From IMG/VR virus record IMGVR_UViG_3300042268_000564: a DNA stretch of 64,000 nt. The stretch is one strand, 5' to 3'. Shown piece by piece: positions 38,901-48,441 of the stretch. Position 1 is the stretch's first letter. The number at the start of each line of letters is the position of its first letter. The DNA comes from a virus. Its lineage: Duplodnaviria; Caudoviricetes. The notes under the pieces were generated by a model that saw only the letters and a program-made list of their open reading frames with translations, did no database searches and had not been told where the DNA came from. The translations under genes and the position numbers were made by a program.

Positions 38901-39022
38901 ATTTAAACTTGTCAGGAGATGCGAATTTTGTGACTAATCATAATTACGGTGTTGAAATAGAAATATTGCCCGGTGGTTGGATATATGATTGGGCTATTTT
39001 CATGAACGGAAGTGCAATTTAA
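35927..39022 (+). CDS. Large tail fibre/spike-like protein with His-rich segments and a probable beta-propeller
   Basis: N-term KKFRKV..FSEMQD..PGKFYV; DHDNRYY, DAHP and GHGHTIDDVNNL fibre motifs; repeated VWAVW, IVIVW, LHVLY and VWYGW blades. Confidence 0.65.
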   Translation: MLVSYNTNQKKFRKVYFLSGNPTTGSRVVLDPKDFSEMQDIWLEQLDNFVKAIRGVDSGVVDGCEVVVQAKSTGGFEIVVAPGKFYVNSTMVQLVQAHAIDIPIPSWSGNKVFYFIAKPVIKTFIPTVIGEPGFSTLAGRPTSNRAEIAFELELVDTLPEDWHVIFCAVRIGETLATIDDIEILYDDRNELMEMKDIQEAAVYAKALIDEHLTFYFDKQIVAESDGVTTSFELKYPVMAGSEVKVFADDIEITNFTIETVGDWLNNEKPVSTLTLSAPVQDSLIIKASYFPDHHVQYLSRFRFSEHIGAESIDHDNRYYTEAEIDAWRITHNQDVDAHPTHVLWTDFNAWVEQHTSSTTTDHDNAYTRIGHGHTIDDVNNLRGELVMLSQQIGYGSDDYYIVTQQITENVDGVNTLFTVSNSLIDSGVGYVKSVRADITNDAVKNPAVLKVIDATEEFETPSVGAFSEPKLLSQRNLNGNPSACVQLDDEVWAVWSAKETEDISRIWFASYKQGDGYFSPATSTGLPCNPDSRVSATVVYSVNPTINQRIVIVWNYNDQLYYSHIDKGQTEWINAVPLPNTSGASDAAVCWVNDGVTASGRLHVLYTKEAGTGKMAIYKKMYEIDLLEVDDEVNVTFGDINEVHPVIVQDTSTSKRVWYGWIAREENVGGDYDNSCTLKYKIVDKYSPTVYQPVSVLGGISDLNIASGLSFSPQPSGMWVQFSVFESGQFNIYYQEFDFAGSIINPRIYLEKGTQVSAVVSSDNVVWSIYQYLSSIYYRARENGAGEVKWNIATKELEFENAPVSIPIFVDIAVPLQSLNKRVSRLESDVADTEELVAQRIRDVIESMGLNIPQERMNMMREKMIVEANTDIDSRRIALNYDKVIYNKFFDATSGLPDGINSVVLKNGSPVLFIESGLVHDSMGKIINPTGQIMKIYTKIYDVDFLCDGHLRVEANGDIECLAFRITSKLTNTPSDPAIDWWNIADAQLSQDLNLSGDANFVTNHNYGVEIEILPGGWIYDWAIFMNGSAI

Positions 39023-39837
39023 TGACTATTTTCAAACATAATTCAGACATAATTTGCCTAACAAAGAAAAAAAGCAGCGTTAAAGCTACTGCGACAGAAG
39101 GATTTAAGCCTGTTGGTCAAATTATAGAGCGTGGTGAATGGGCTGGAATTCCTATTGTAAAAGAGAAGCCTGATGTTGGGCACCATAATCCTATAACAGT
39201 GCAAGATGTAATTAACTCTCTGAACTACTTTGGCATGTCAAAAGATGACATTCAGGGGTTACAAGTTATTATTATTTCTGGCAGAAGCCCTTATACTGAT
39301 GAATTGGGTGCATCTTGGGCATTTGGTGCCTATCAAGTATTATGGGAACAGCAGGCTGTCAGAGATAAAAAGACCAAGAAGATAAAGCGCACAAACACTC
39401 CTAAAGAGAATCGTTTAATTTTGTGGGCACAGAAAATGGATTTGATTCAATTTAATCTTGGTGGTGAAATGCGTCAGGGTTATTACTACAGGATTCAACC
39501 TACTATGGGTGGGCAGCAGGTTGATAGATACATAAGTGTCAAAGCTTTGCGCAGAGAAGTTCTTGGCGACACAGTGTTGCATGAAATAGGGCACCACGTA
39601 GATATTTGGCATTATGGTCGGTTTATTAAGACTGAGAAAGACAGGGCAAAGGCAGAAACATTTGCTGAGAAATATTCCGCAGCAATGTCAAAGGGCAAGA
39701 TTGACAATTCAGCTTTTGAGGATATTATAAATGGGACATATGAAAGTAGTGGACAAATTCCATCTCAGTTGCCTACAGAAACGCCAGAACCTGAGCAGGT
39801 GGAGGTAGCAGAAAATGAAAATGCGGGACAAGGATGA
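39022..39837 (+). CDS. Zincin-like metallopeptidase-domain protein
   Basis: TVLHEIGHHVD followed by AETFAEKY (third-ligand Glu pattern). Confidence 0.7.
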   Translation: MTIFKHNSDIICLTKKKSSVKATATEGFKPVGQIIERGEWAGIPIVKEKPDVGHHNPITVQDVINSLNYFGMSKDDIQGLQVIIISGRSPYTDELGASWAFGAYQVLWEQQAVRDKKTKKIKRTNTPKENRLILWAQKMDLIQFNLGGEMRQGYYYRIQPTMGGQQVDRYISVKALRREVLGDTVLHEIGHHVDIWHYGRFIKTEKDRAKAETFAEKYSAAMSKGKIDNSAFEDIINGTYESSGQIPSQLPTETPEPEQVEVAENENAGQG

Positions 39838-39979
39838 CCTTGTGGGCAATTCGGTTACATGCCCTTTTTGTGATGAAAATACACCCATGAAAATGGGGAG
39901 AGATTCTAAGATAGAGTGCGAACATTGTAAACGAAAATTTGATGCTAATAACGTAGAAAGGGAAGTAATCTTTTTATGA
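39815..39979 (+). CDS. 54-aa zinc-ribbon protein (not in the ORF track)
   Basis: MKMRDKDDLVGNSVTCPFC...IECEHCKRKF...; GGAGG at 39801; ATGA overlap with the next gene. Confidence 0.7.
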   Translation: MKMRDKDDLVGNSVTCPFCDENTPMKMGRDSKIECEHCKRKFDANNVEREVIFL

Positions 39980-40332
39980 CAGGCAAGAAATTAAAATTAG
40001 ACCCAAGGATTTTTAAAAATCAGTCGAGTCAAACAGCCCGGAGCGCAGGAATCCCTGTAAAGACCAAGCTTGTTTTCTATAAACAGGAAGGGAAAAGAAC
40101 TGAAAAATTTGCTGAAGCAGGTTGGGACGTGGAAAAGAATGAATGGCAATTTTCTGGTGATGATGCAAATTTGATTGATTGGTTGAAGGGTGTATTTGCG
40201 CAGCCAATTATTGGTAAAGCTGCGGCTACTCGACCAAATATGACGTTGCAGCCTGATTCAATGGCATTTGTATACCACCTGAAAGATGTAATCATGCCTC
40301 GCAAAAAAATTATAATGAAAATTGAGAATTAA
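39976..40332 (+). CDS. Hypothetical protein
   Basis: 118-aa ORF in a tight operon. Confidence 0.65.
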   Translation: MTGKKLKLDPRIFKNQSSQTARSAGIPVKTKLVFYKQEGKRTEKFAEAGWDVEKNEWQFSGDDANLIDWLKGVFAQPIIGKAAATRPNMTLQPDSMAFVYHLKDVIMPRKKIIMKIEN

Positions 40333-40335
40333 TAC

Positions 40336-41679
40336 ATGGCAAGGTTAAGTGGTCCAAAAGCACACGGGAGAGCCAGCGGCTTAGGCAATAAATCTTCTAA
40401 GCTGATTGGAACCCGTGAGGATGAATCTGGAAATGTCCAGACAGCTTTGTCGTCTGTTAGAGATGCTTTAAAAGAAAAAACTATTGCGGCGAAAGAAAAA
40501 GCTGTAAAGGGTCTTGTGCAGGATTTCCTTAAGCAGAATGGCATGAAGCATGTTGATGTGCAGGTCAAGCTTGATGTCGATGCAAAAAAAGCTGAGAACT
40601 ATATTTCATCATTATTAACCACTTTGTCAGAGCAAAAAGATTCTCTTTTTAAAGAAGGGCTTACTTCGATTAACATTGTTACGGGTGATATTGCTAAGAA
40701 TGAAATGGCAAATAATACTGAATTTAGCAAGCGGTTAGAATATCAAGAGACAGACAATGGGACTACTGCCGCCGAGGTTGTGACATCGCTCAACTTTGAC
40801 CCTAACAAAAGATATCCGCATGACATGCATCTGAATGTGTATATCCCAAATGAGGAATCGAAAGCCCTGCCGAATCTTACAGGCGTGATGGCTCATGAGC
40901 TTACACATTTGATGGAGCGTAAGTGGGCTGACTCTTTGATGAATGATTATGTAATGGTGAAAACTGGAAGTCGAATGATGAACCTTGATATTAATGACCC
41001 TGCCAATTCTAATCCACCAAGGTTTTTATTCTTAAAAACCGCTGTAGATGTCGACACTAGAGCTATTTTAAAGCTTTTGCAGGACAAGAGTAAGAACGAC
41101 CCTGATTTTAAAAAGCAGATGGAATTTGTAAAAGAATGGGAAAAGAAGTCTGCTTTTTCAATACAGACAGTAAAAATTATGGGTGGCGATGGCGACCCTG
41201 AAAGTGGAAAGAATAAACCTGTCGAGGCTAAGGACTGGGTGTTTTCTGCTGATAAAATTCCAATAAAACAAAAGGGTATGGAAGCTCGTGAAGTGATTCG
41301 GGCTGCATTTTCATTAAACGAGCCGAGCAGAGGATATGTATTAAATGACGCTGAAAAGAAAGCTATTGTTGGGGCATCTGTTTCGCCATCAGAAGAATTG
41401 GCTGAGGCTGTTCGAGTAGCGAGAGACCCACAATTTCCACAGCATATGGAGCGGTTGGCAAAAGAGAACCCTGATGCAAAAGCTTATCTTGAAGGGCTTC
41501 TTTCTGTTGTAGCGAAGTATGATGATGTAATCAAGGGCAGATTGCAAACAGTTTCTAAAGACCCATCTGCCTTAATTTATTCGACTGCCAAGCCTAAAAG
41601 AAATCGTGCGGTTTCTGAAGAACTTAAAGATGAAAGTGTTAAAAAACGAGTTAAGCGTAAGAATGTAATTCCAATTTAA
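40336..41679 (+). CDS. Zincin-like (HEXXH) protein, possibly virion-internal
   Basis: VMAHELTHLM and a distal SPSEELAEAV; basic Gly-rich N-terminus. Confidence 0.6.
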   Translation: MARLSGPKAHGRASGLGNKSSKLIGTREDESGNVQTALSSVRDALKEKTIAAKEKAVKGLVQDFLKQNGMKHVDVQVKLDVDAKKAENYISSLLTTLSEQKDSLFKEGLTSINIVTGDIAKNEMANNTEFSKRLEYQETDNGTTAAEVVTSLNFDPNKRYPHDMHLNVYIPNEESKALPNLTGVMAHELTHLMERKWADSLMNDYVMVKTGSRMMNLDINDPANSNPPRFLFLKTAVDVDTRAILKLLQDKSKNDPDFKKQMEFVKEWEKKSAFSIQTVKIMGGDGDPESGKNKPVEAKDWVFSADKIPIKQKGMEAREVIRAAFSLNEPSRGYVLNDAEKKAIVGASVSPSEELAEAVRVARDPQFPQHMERLAKENPDAKAYLEGLLSVVAKYDDVIKGRLQTVSKDPSALIYSTAKPKRNRAVSEELKDESVKKRVKRKNVIPI

Positions 41680-41697
41680 TTCTGCTAATAAAGAGCG

Positions 41698-41728
41698 TGC
41701 TGGTAATATAAAGTTACCAGCATTTTTT
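41698..41728 (+). terminator. Rho-independent terminator containing a GGTAATATA motif
   Basis: TGCTGGTAA-TATAAAG-TTACCAGCA then TTTTTT. Confidence 0.8.
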
Positions 41729-41747
41729 GTTTTTAGGAGATAAAATC

Positions 41748-42341
41748 GTGGCTGTTTTTACCAAACTGAACGTTGATATGCCAGAGCATGTCGCATATTA
41801 TACGCAAAAAACAATTCCCGTAGATATTACTGAGGATGAGATTGACGAATGGCTTGCTGCCCTGCCTGACGTGTTGGACTTTTGGGAAACTCAGGTAGCA
41901 GAAAAACGGCTTGCTTACGAGATGCAAGATATGGAAGCAAAACAGATAGCTGCTATTTGTTATAACGACACGGAATCATCTCTCTCTGTTAAGAATAGAG
42001 AGAATATTGCAGCTTGTGACCCACGCTTATTAGAAGCCACAAAAAAAGCTGCGAAATTTCAATACGAAGTGAATCTTGCCAAAGCAAAAATGGCACAGAT
42101 GGAAGCAAAACTCAAATCTGTACATAAAATTGCAACCCTGAGAGTCCGAAGATTAGAGCAGGGTGTAACATCGCCTACCGTCACATCTAAAACTTTGACG
42201 AGGAATGATAGGGGACGTTCTGAGCGAATAGTATGGGACAAGCCTGAAGAGCGCAAGGCTAAGGTTGACAGCGTGATTAATGATGAAGTGCGGAAGGAAA
42301 TTAATCAGGATATTTATGCAGAAGATAGAGAGGTCTGGTAA
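41748..42341 (+). CDS. Helical/coiled-coil protein, possibly a UvsY-like recombination mediator
   Basis: AGGAG RBS and GTG start; all-helical pattern with central DP and C-terminal coiled coil; first gene of the replication block. Family call is tentative. Confidence 0.4.
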   Translation: MAVFTKLNVDMPEHVAYYTQKTIPVDITEDEIDEWLAALPDVLDFWETQVAEKRLAYEMQDMEAKQIAAICYNDTESSLSVKNRENIAACDPRLLEATKKAAKFQYEVNLAKAKMAQMEAKLKSVHKIATLRVRRLEQGVTSPTVTSKTLTRNDRGRSERIVWDKPEERKAKVDSVINDEVRKEINQDIYAEDREVW

Positions 42342-42910
42342 TGGCAATTGAACAAATAGACATGTTTGATGATGAATATACTCCCGATGAGTTGCTTTTT
42401 AAAAAGCTTGAAGCAGATATGGAAGCAGGTAAGCGATATTTGGTGACGGCAACAAATGTAAGGCTGTTGGATGAGATTGTATTGCGGAACAAGGTTGTTT
42501 TTTCAGGGAATCTTATACGGCATGGCTGCAAGAATCTTGGGTTCGGCGAAGTGTTTTTGCATGAATATGACTCAAGTGAAAATATGGCAGTTTATAAAGA
42601 GTTTGTTGTTGTGGATATCGCTGACGTAGAGGCTTTAACCGAATTGGCACCTACAGAGCTTGTATTTAATTCCCCTTATAGGGTGCAATTGGTGGAAAAA
42701 GATGAAGCGAATCGAAAGAACTTATGGTTAAGCTGTCGATTTGTTGGGCAAACACTCTCAGGCTGTCTTTTGTTTCTGGACTACAGTGAACATAAAGCCA
42801 TAATAATGTTAAGACAAGATGAGATTAAAAGCATTTTTTCAATGTCTGTTGCCGAGATTGAACCTTTGGACGAGGAAATCTTAGAGAAGGAATTATCAGA
42901 TGAAGCCTGA
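42341..42910 (+). CDS. Hypothetical protein
   Basis: 189-aa ORF overlapping both neighbours. Confidence 0.65.
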   Translation: MAIEQIDMFDDEYTPDELLFKKLEADMEAGKRYLVTATNVRLLDEIVLRNKVVFSGNLIRHGCKNLGFGEVFLHEYDSSENMAVYKEFVVVDIADVEALTELAPTELVFNSPYRVQLVEKDEANRKNLWLSCRFVGQTLSGCLLFLDYSEHKAIIMLRQDEIKSIFSMSVAEIEPLDEEILEKELSDEA

Positions 42911-45900
42911 AGAATTTGTTCATTTACATCTGCATAGCCATTACTCCATGCTCGACGGCATGATTGACCATAAAGGGCTGTGTAAAAGGTTGAAAGAACT
43001 TGGCATGACCTCTGTGGCAATCACCGACCACGGGAACATGTTTGGTTCTGTGTTTTTCTATAAAGCAGCTAAAGAGGCTGGGATTAAGCCCATTATCGGT
43101 CTGGAAGCTTATATTGCTCCAGAAGAGATGACAAACAAATCTACGGTTTCAACAATCAATGGACAGAATATTTGCAAATATTATCACATCCTTTTGCTGG
43201 CAAAGAATGAAGTTGGATACAAAAACCTGATTAAGATGGCATCAGCGTCTTATGTGGATGGTTTTTACTATCGACCAAGAATAGATAAGAACCTTTTGCA
43301 GAAACATCATGAAGGAATTGTATGCACGAGCGCCTGTTTGGCAGGCGAATTGGCAAGGTTATTGACAGCTAATCGTATTGACGATGCTCGTGAGGTAATG
43401 AGGGAATATAAGTCCATCTTCGGCGATGATTATTATTTTGAAATCATGCGTCACGGGATTGATGAGCAGGAAATTGTGATTCAGCGTGGCGTTAAGCTGG
43501 CAAGAGAGTTGGGTGTTCCTATTGTTGCTACGAATGATTGTCATTATCTGACAAAAGATGATGTTGAGCTACATACGATTATCCTTAATGTTCAGAATAA
43601 AACTGGCGAAGCAATTAGGGAGTATGACACTGGCGAGTTTTATGTGAAATCAGGGCAAGAGATGATGGCTTTGTTTAAAGACCTGCCAGATGCTTGCGAG
43701 AACACAAAAAAGATAGCTGACCAATGTAACTTTGATTTTAAATTTGGTGAATTGCACTTTCCAAAAGTTGATTTGCCTGATGGGATGACGGAAGATGATT
43801 ATCTTGCTCATCTTGCATGGCAGGGTTTTGCCAAGCGTTATCCGAATGAATCCAAAGATGGCGAAGTTGGCAAAAGATTGCAGTATGAACTTGATGTTAT
43901 CAAAAAAATGGGCTTTCCCGGATATTTCCTTGTTGTGGAAGATTTTACCGTGTATGCCAAAGATGTCCTTAACATGGAGGTCGGCTGCGCAAGAGGTTCT
44001 GTAGGTGGTTCAGTTGTAGCCTATTGTTTAAGAATAACAGAGCTTGACCCGATTAAATATGATTTGATGTTTGAGCGATTTTTGAATCCTGACCGAATTT
44101 CGATGCCTGATATTGATATGGACTTTCCAGAATCCCGTCGTCTCGAAATCATTGACTATGTAACAGAGAAATATGGTGCTGATTGTGTGTCGCAGATTGT
44201 GACCATTAACTATATGAAGGCTCGTACATCAGTAAGAGATGTCGCTAGAGTTTTGAGAGTGCCAATCCATAAAGCGGATAAAATGGCAAAAAGCATTAAT
44301 CCATTTATGACATTGAAAGAACAAATGGAAATCCGAGATGACGATGAGCAGGCTGTTGCGAATATGAAACAGGAAACAATAGCCGTAATGAATGAAGATG
44401 AAGAAACTAAGAAGGTATGTCGTCTCGCTTGTGGTGTTGAGGGAACGCCTCGCCAGACGGGTGTTCATGCTGCGGGTGTTGTTATAAGTGACCGACCTTT
44501 GTATGAATATTTGCCGTTATCGAGAGAGAAAGAGGCTGTTACTACTCAGTATACAATGGATATGCTTGAGCCATTAGGTTTGCTTAAGATGGATTTCTTG
44601 GGTTTGCGCACAATGGATGTTATACGAAATACTGTAGACCTCGTAGAGAAGAGGCATGGCGTGAGGATTGATGTCCATAATTTGCCAATGGATGATGAGG
44701 TAACTTGCCAAATGCTCTCTGATGGCTTTACAAAGGGGGTATTTCAGTCAGACAGTAGCGGGATTTGTGCTCTTATTAAAGATATTGCTCCAAAGTCTAT
44801 GTTCGATTGTGTGCCAATTGTTGCGCTTTATCGTCCCGGTCCACTTGAGTCAGGAATGGTTGAAACCTATCTGAATTGTCGTCATGGACGAGAAGCAGCG
44901 GTTCCATTTTATCCAACGATAGCTAAGATTACGAAAGATACTTATCATCAGTTCCTGTATCAGGAGCAGATTATGCAGGCATCACAAGTATTGTCAGGTT
45001 TTACGATTGGTGAGGCTGATGAGCTGCGCAAGGCTATTGGAAAAAAGAATGCAGAGAAACTTGCCAAGCTGCGCAAGAAATTTGTTGAAGGTGCGATAAA
45101 ACAGAACCCGAATGACCCTGATGTTGGCAGAATAGCAGACGACCTTTACAGCAAGATTGAGTTTTTTGGACGCTATTGTTTCAATAAGGCTCACTCTGCC
45201 GCATACGGTTTGATTATGTATCAGACAGCATACTTGAAAGCTAACTATCCTGTTGAATATATGTCTTGTTTGCTAACCTCTGTTGTGGGCAAAAAGGAAG
45301 ACCAGTTTATCTCTTATTTGAGAGAGGCAAAGCGCATGGGACTACATGTAATGCCGCCATGCGTGAATAAGAGCGTAGAAGTTTTTGCGGTAGAGTCTGA
45401 CAAGCGAATCCGATTTGGCTTAATGGGTGTCAAAGGATTGTCGTCTGCTGCCTCAGAAATTCTTACCTCCAGACAGGAGGGTGGGGATTTCATGAGTTTT
45501 TATGATTTTCTGGAACGGGTGAAAGTTCATAGTGGCAATTTGAAGGCTCTGATTATGGCTGGTGCATTGGACTGCTTCGGCATTACTCGGAAGACCATGA
45601 TTGATAAAATTGAAAATAAAATCTTGGATAAAGTCGCGAAAGTGCTGAAAGAAAAGGCTCAAGGGCAGATGGATATGTTTGCTGAGGAAGGGGATTCATT
45701 TGTTTATGGTGAATTAGTAAGCACTGGTGAATATCCTGAGAAAGAAATGCTTGCTGAAGAAAAAAGATTGCTTGGTGCTTATCTGGGTAAGCATCCGATA
45801 GATAATTACAAAAAATTTATAGCCAATATTGGTGATTTAAAATCAGTTGTTCAATGCCATGAATCAGACGAAGGTAAAGCGGTAGTCGTCGCAGGTGTTG

Positions 45901-46514
45901 TTGCAGGGCTGAAGACTATCAATACCAAAAAAGGTGATGTGATGGCGTTTCTGGATATTGAAGATAATACTGGCACAATAGAGACAATCGTCTTCCCAAA
46001 GGTCTATGCAAACTATCAGAACAGCTTGTCGTTGGATAATACGGTATTGGTCGAAGGTCATATTCAGCATGATGCTGATGACAGCGATGACGAAGAGAAT
46101 GCTGCGCCAAAAGCCAAGACAGCTAAGTTAATGGTTGTGGGTGCTTTTAATCTGGAAAAGATGCAGAGGGATAAAAAGCGATATTCGCCAAGCCCTGATT
46201 TTATACAAGCAAAAAAGCGAAAGTATTCTGGCTATAAGAAAAAAGTAGAACAACCTGCAATCCAACAACCAAAACAAGAGGTTAAAGTGCCTGTTGGTGT
46301 CAGATTGTATGTAAGGACAGAACAGAGTTTGTTGTTGAGTAAATATGTTAAGCAGTATGCAAAGCCCGGTGCGATGAACCTTGAGCTTTGCGTAGGTGAG
46401 ACAGATAGCGGCGGTGTGGTTATTACATTGCCGAACAGAATTGATTTGCGCAGCCTTGAGCCTTTATTTGCAATAAGTGGGGTTTCTTGTGAGCTGTTGT
46501 ATAGGACTAATTAA
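42900..46514 (+). CDS. dnaE: DNA polymerase III alpha subunit (C family)
   Basis: PHP HLHLHSHYSMLDG and AITDHG; RGS; catalytic PDIDMDF; LLKMDFLGL; FNKAHSAAY; C-terminal OB fold; no intein. Confidence 0.97.
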   Translation: MKPEEFVHLHLHSHYSMLDGMIDHKGLCKRLKELGMTSVAITDHGNMFGSVFFYKAAKEAGIKPIIGLEAYIAPEEMTNKSTVSTINGQNICKYYHILLLAKNEVGYKNLIKMASASYVDGFYYRPRIDKNLLQKHHEGIVCTSACLAGELARLLTANRIDDAREVMREYKSIFGDDYYFEIMRHGIDEQEIVIQRGVKLARELGVPIVATNDCHYLTKDDVELHTIILNVQNKTGEAIREYDTGEFYVKSGQEMMALFKDLPDACENTKKIADQCNFDFKFGELHFPKVDLPDGMTEDDYLAHLAWQGFAKRYPNESKDGEVGKRLQYELDVIKKMGFPGYFLVVEDFTVYAKDVLNMEVGCARGSVGGSVVAYCLRITELDPIKYDLMFERFLNPDRISMPDIDMDFPESRRLEIIDYVTEKYGADCVSQIVTINYMKARTSVRDVARVLRVPIHKADKMAKSINPFMTLKEQMEIRDDDEQAVANMKQETIAVMNEDEETKKVCRLACGVEGTPRQTGVHAAGVVISDRPLYEYLPLSREKEAVTTQYTMDMLEPLGLLKMDFLGLRTMDVIRNTVDLVEKRHGVRIDVHNLPMDDEVTCQMLSDGFTKGVFQSDSSGICALIKDIAPKSMFDCVPIVALYRPGPLESGMVETYLNCRHGREAAVPFYPTIAKITKDTYHQFLYQEQIMQASQVLSGFTIGEADELRKAIGKKNAEKLAKLRKKFVEGAIKQNPNDPDVGRIADDLYSKIEFFGRYCFNKAHSAAYGLIMYQTAYLKANYPVEYMSCLLTSVVGKKEDQFISYLREAKRMGLHVMPPCVNKSVEVFAVESDKRIRFGLMGVKGLSSAASEILTSRQEGGDFMSFYDFLERVKVHSGNLKALIMAGALDCFGITRKTMIDKIENKILDKVAKVLKEKAQGQMDMFAEEGDSFVYGELVSTGEYPEKEMLAEEKRLLGAYLGKHPIDNYKKFIANIGDLKSVVQCHESDEGKAVVVAGVVAGLKTINTKKGDVMAFLDIEDNTGTIETIVFPKVYANYQNSLSLDNTVLVEGHIQHDADDSDDEENAAPKAKTAKLMVVGAFNLEKMQRDKKRYSPSPDFIQAKKRKYSGYKKKVEQPAIQQPKQEVKVPVGVRLYVRTEQSLLLSKYVKQYAKPGAMNLELCVGETDSGGVVITLPNRIDLRSLEPLFAISGVSCELLYRTN

Positions 46515-48034
46515 TGATAAAGCTGGTGGTTGAACATTCCATTACGAGAGTCGAGGGCGGTTACGTTCCTGTTGATGTAATCAATAAACCTTTGACATAT
46601 ATGGAGAAAAAATATCTCAAAGCAGATACAAGGAAAAAATTTGCCAGTCAGGCAAAAGCAGCGGGAAAGAAGTTTAATCCTAATTCTCACTCAATGCAAG
46701 CACAGACCTTGTTTAATGATTTTGACAATACATTCCCAACCGGGATGTTGCCGAAAGTGATTCAGGCTTTAAATCGTGCAAGATTTCAATTTGAAGTAAT
46801 AGATTTGAGACAGTATGGTGATGAAACGCTTATTTTTGGTCAGAAAACAGGCAAATACGCCAATATAAATCCTTACCCATATCAGGCAGATGCAATAGAT
46901 AATATCTTGCATAAGAAACGTGGATTAATACGCATAGCCTGTGGTGGTGGCAAGACGTTAGTTGCTGGACAGGCAATTAGAGAGCTGAAACGGCAGTCTG
47001 TCTTTTTGGTGAATCGTAAAGGTCTCCTTTATCAAACAAAAGAAGTGTTCGAGGATTTATTAGGTCAAGAAATTGGTCAAGTGGGTGATGGGATAGTTGA
47101 TATTAAAGAAGTGAATGTTGTAATGATTCAATCTTTAATTCGCTTTCTCGGTGGAACCTACGAACGATTTGACGAAGAGGATATAGACGAAGACACTACA
47201 GATGTTGTGGCTAATTCAGGGGCTATCGGTAACATGCTTGCGGAAACACAGGTATTGGTGGTCGACGAGTGTCATTGTATCGGTGCGCAGACAGCTTACG
47301 ATTGTGTAACAGCTTTTAGAAACGCAGGCTGGGTTATAGGTGCTTCCGCCACGCCTGTTCGAGAGGATGGAAAGACAATCTACTTTGAAGCCTGTTTTGG
47401 CGAGAAGTTGGCGGACATTTCTTTTACTTATTTAATAGAAAATGGCTTTCTTGTGCAACCGTATATTTATATGATTCCTCTTTCTGAGAGAATGATAGCG
47501 GAGAGCAAGAAAAATGCGAGATATGACACTATTTATAGACATGGGATAGTGAATAATGAGATGCGCAATCATCTGGCGATTATGGAAGCCAGAATGATGC
47601 ATATGACTGGTCATCATCCTTTGATATTAGTGCAACATGTTAAGCATGGTAACGCAATACAGCAAATGATGCCTGAAGCGTCTTTTTTACACGGATTGCA
47701 CAAGCAAAAAGAAAGAAAACGAGTTTTAAACGAATTTAGTGAAGGCAAAATCAAAACATTGATTGCATCTACAATTTTCGACGAGGCAATAGATATCCCT
47801 GCTTGTGACGGTGCCATCTTGCTTGGCGGCGGCTGCTCTTATGTAAGAACAATTCAACGAATGAGTAGACCAATGCGATTGGATAGAAGTAATCCTAAGA
47901 AGGACAAATGTTTCATTGTTGATTTTTGGGATGTAGATAATATTGTGGATAGACATTCAAAGCTCAGGTATTCAACCTACAAGTCGGAAGCAGCGTTTAA
48001 GATTATTGAGTTGGGTGGCAGGCTTCCGTATTGA
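46514..48034 (+). CDS. Superfamily 2 (UvsW-like) DNA helicase
   Basis: YPYQ, ACGGGKT, VDECH, SATP, FDEAIDIP and QRMSRPMR motifs. Confidence 0.88.
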   Translation: MIKLVVEHSITRVEGGYVPVDVINKPLTYMEKKYLKADTRKKFASQAKAAGKKFNPNSHSMQAQTLFNDFDNTFPTGMLPKVIQALNRARFQFEVIDLRQYGDETLIFGQKTGKYANINPYPYQADAIDNILHKKRGLIRIACGGGKTLVAGQAIRELKRQSVFLVNRKGLLYQTKEVFEDLLGQEIGQVGDGIVDIKEVNVVMIQSLIRFLGGTYERFDEEDIDEDTTDVVANSGAIGNMLAETQVLVVDECHCIGAQTAYDCVTAFRNAGWVIGASATPVREDGKTIYFEACFGEKLADISFTYLIENGFLVQPYIYMIPLSERMIAESKKNARYDTIYRHGIVNNEMRNHLAIMEARMMHMTGHHPLILVQHVKHGNAIQQMMPEASFLHGLHKQKERKRVLNEFSEGKIKTLIASTIFDEAIDIPACDGAILLGGGCSYVRTIQRMSRPMRLDRSNPKKDKCFIVDFWDVDNIVDRHSKLRYSTYKSEAAFKIIELGGRLPY

Positions 48035-48059
48035 GTAATATAGAGTTTGGAGTATTAAA

Positions 48060-48431
48060 ATGAAATTTCCCGCAAAAGTTAATAGGAACATGACGATTAG
48101 AATTCCTGCGCATATTGTACAGACAATGGGGCTTCATCCTCATGACCTGATAGATGTGTCGATAGAATTTAATATTGTTGGTGTAATTGCTGAGAGTGAG
48201 AAATTCACAGAATTTTGTAAAAAACGCATGAGTCCTACGCAATTAAATCAATTACATGCCGTATATAAAGAGACAGGTGGTCTCGATAAACATGGCGGTT
48301 TTAAATCATGGTTGGTTAAGGAACTGAACTTGCAGTCGATGGGGTTAAGAGCTTGGACGGATAAAAGTACTGTGGAAGAATTATTTCCGAGTGGCTTTGT
48401 CCCGATTCCGGGTGATGACAGAAATAAATAG
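48060..48431 (+). CDS. AbrB/MazE-like N-terminal domain protein
   Basis: AKVNRNMTIRIPAHIVQTMGLHPHDLIDVSI swapped-hairpin pattern. Confidence 0.6.
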   Translation: MKFPAKVNRNMTIRIPAHIVQTMGLHPHDLIDVSIEFNIVGVIAESEKFTEFCKKRMSPTQLNQLHAVYKETGGLDKHGGFKSWLVKELNLQSMGLRAWTDKSTVEELFPSGFVPIPGDDRNK

Positions 48432-48441
48432 GAGATGTAAT

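Noticed and set aside
1-39022. Bacterial contractile injection system or tailocin locus rather than a phage
   Set aside because: The region is contiguous with phage-style replication genes, a homing endonuclease and early-promoter cassettes, with no host housekeeping context.
42900-46514. Intein or split in DnaE
   Set aside because: Length and motif order are continuous, with no intein-like insertion seen.
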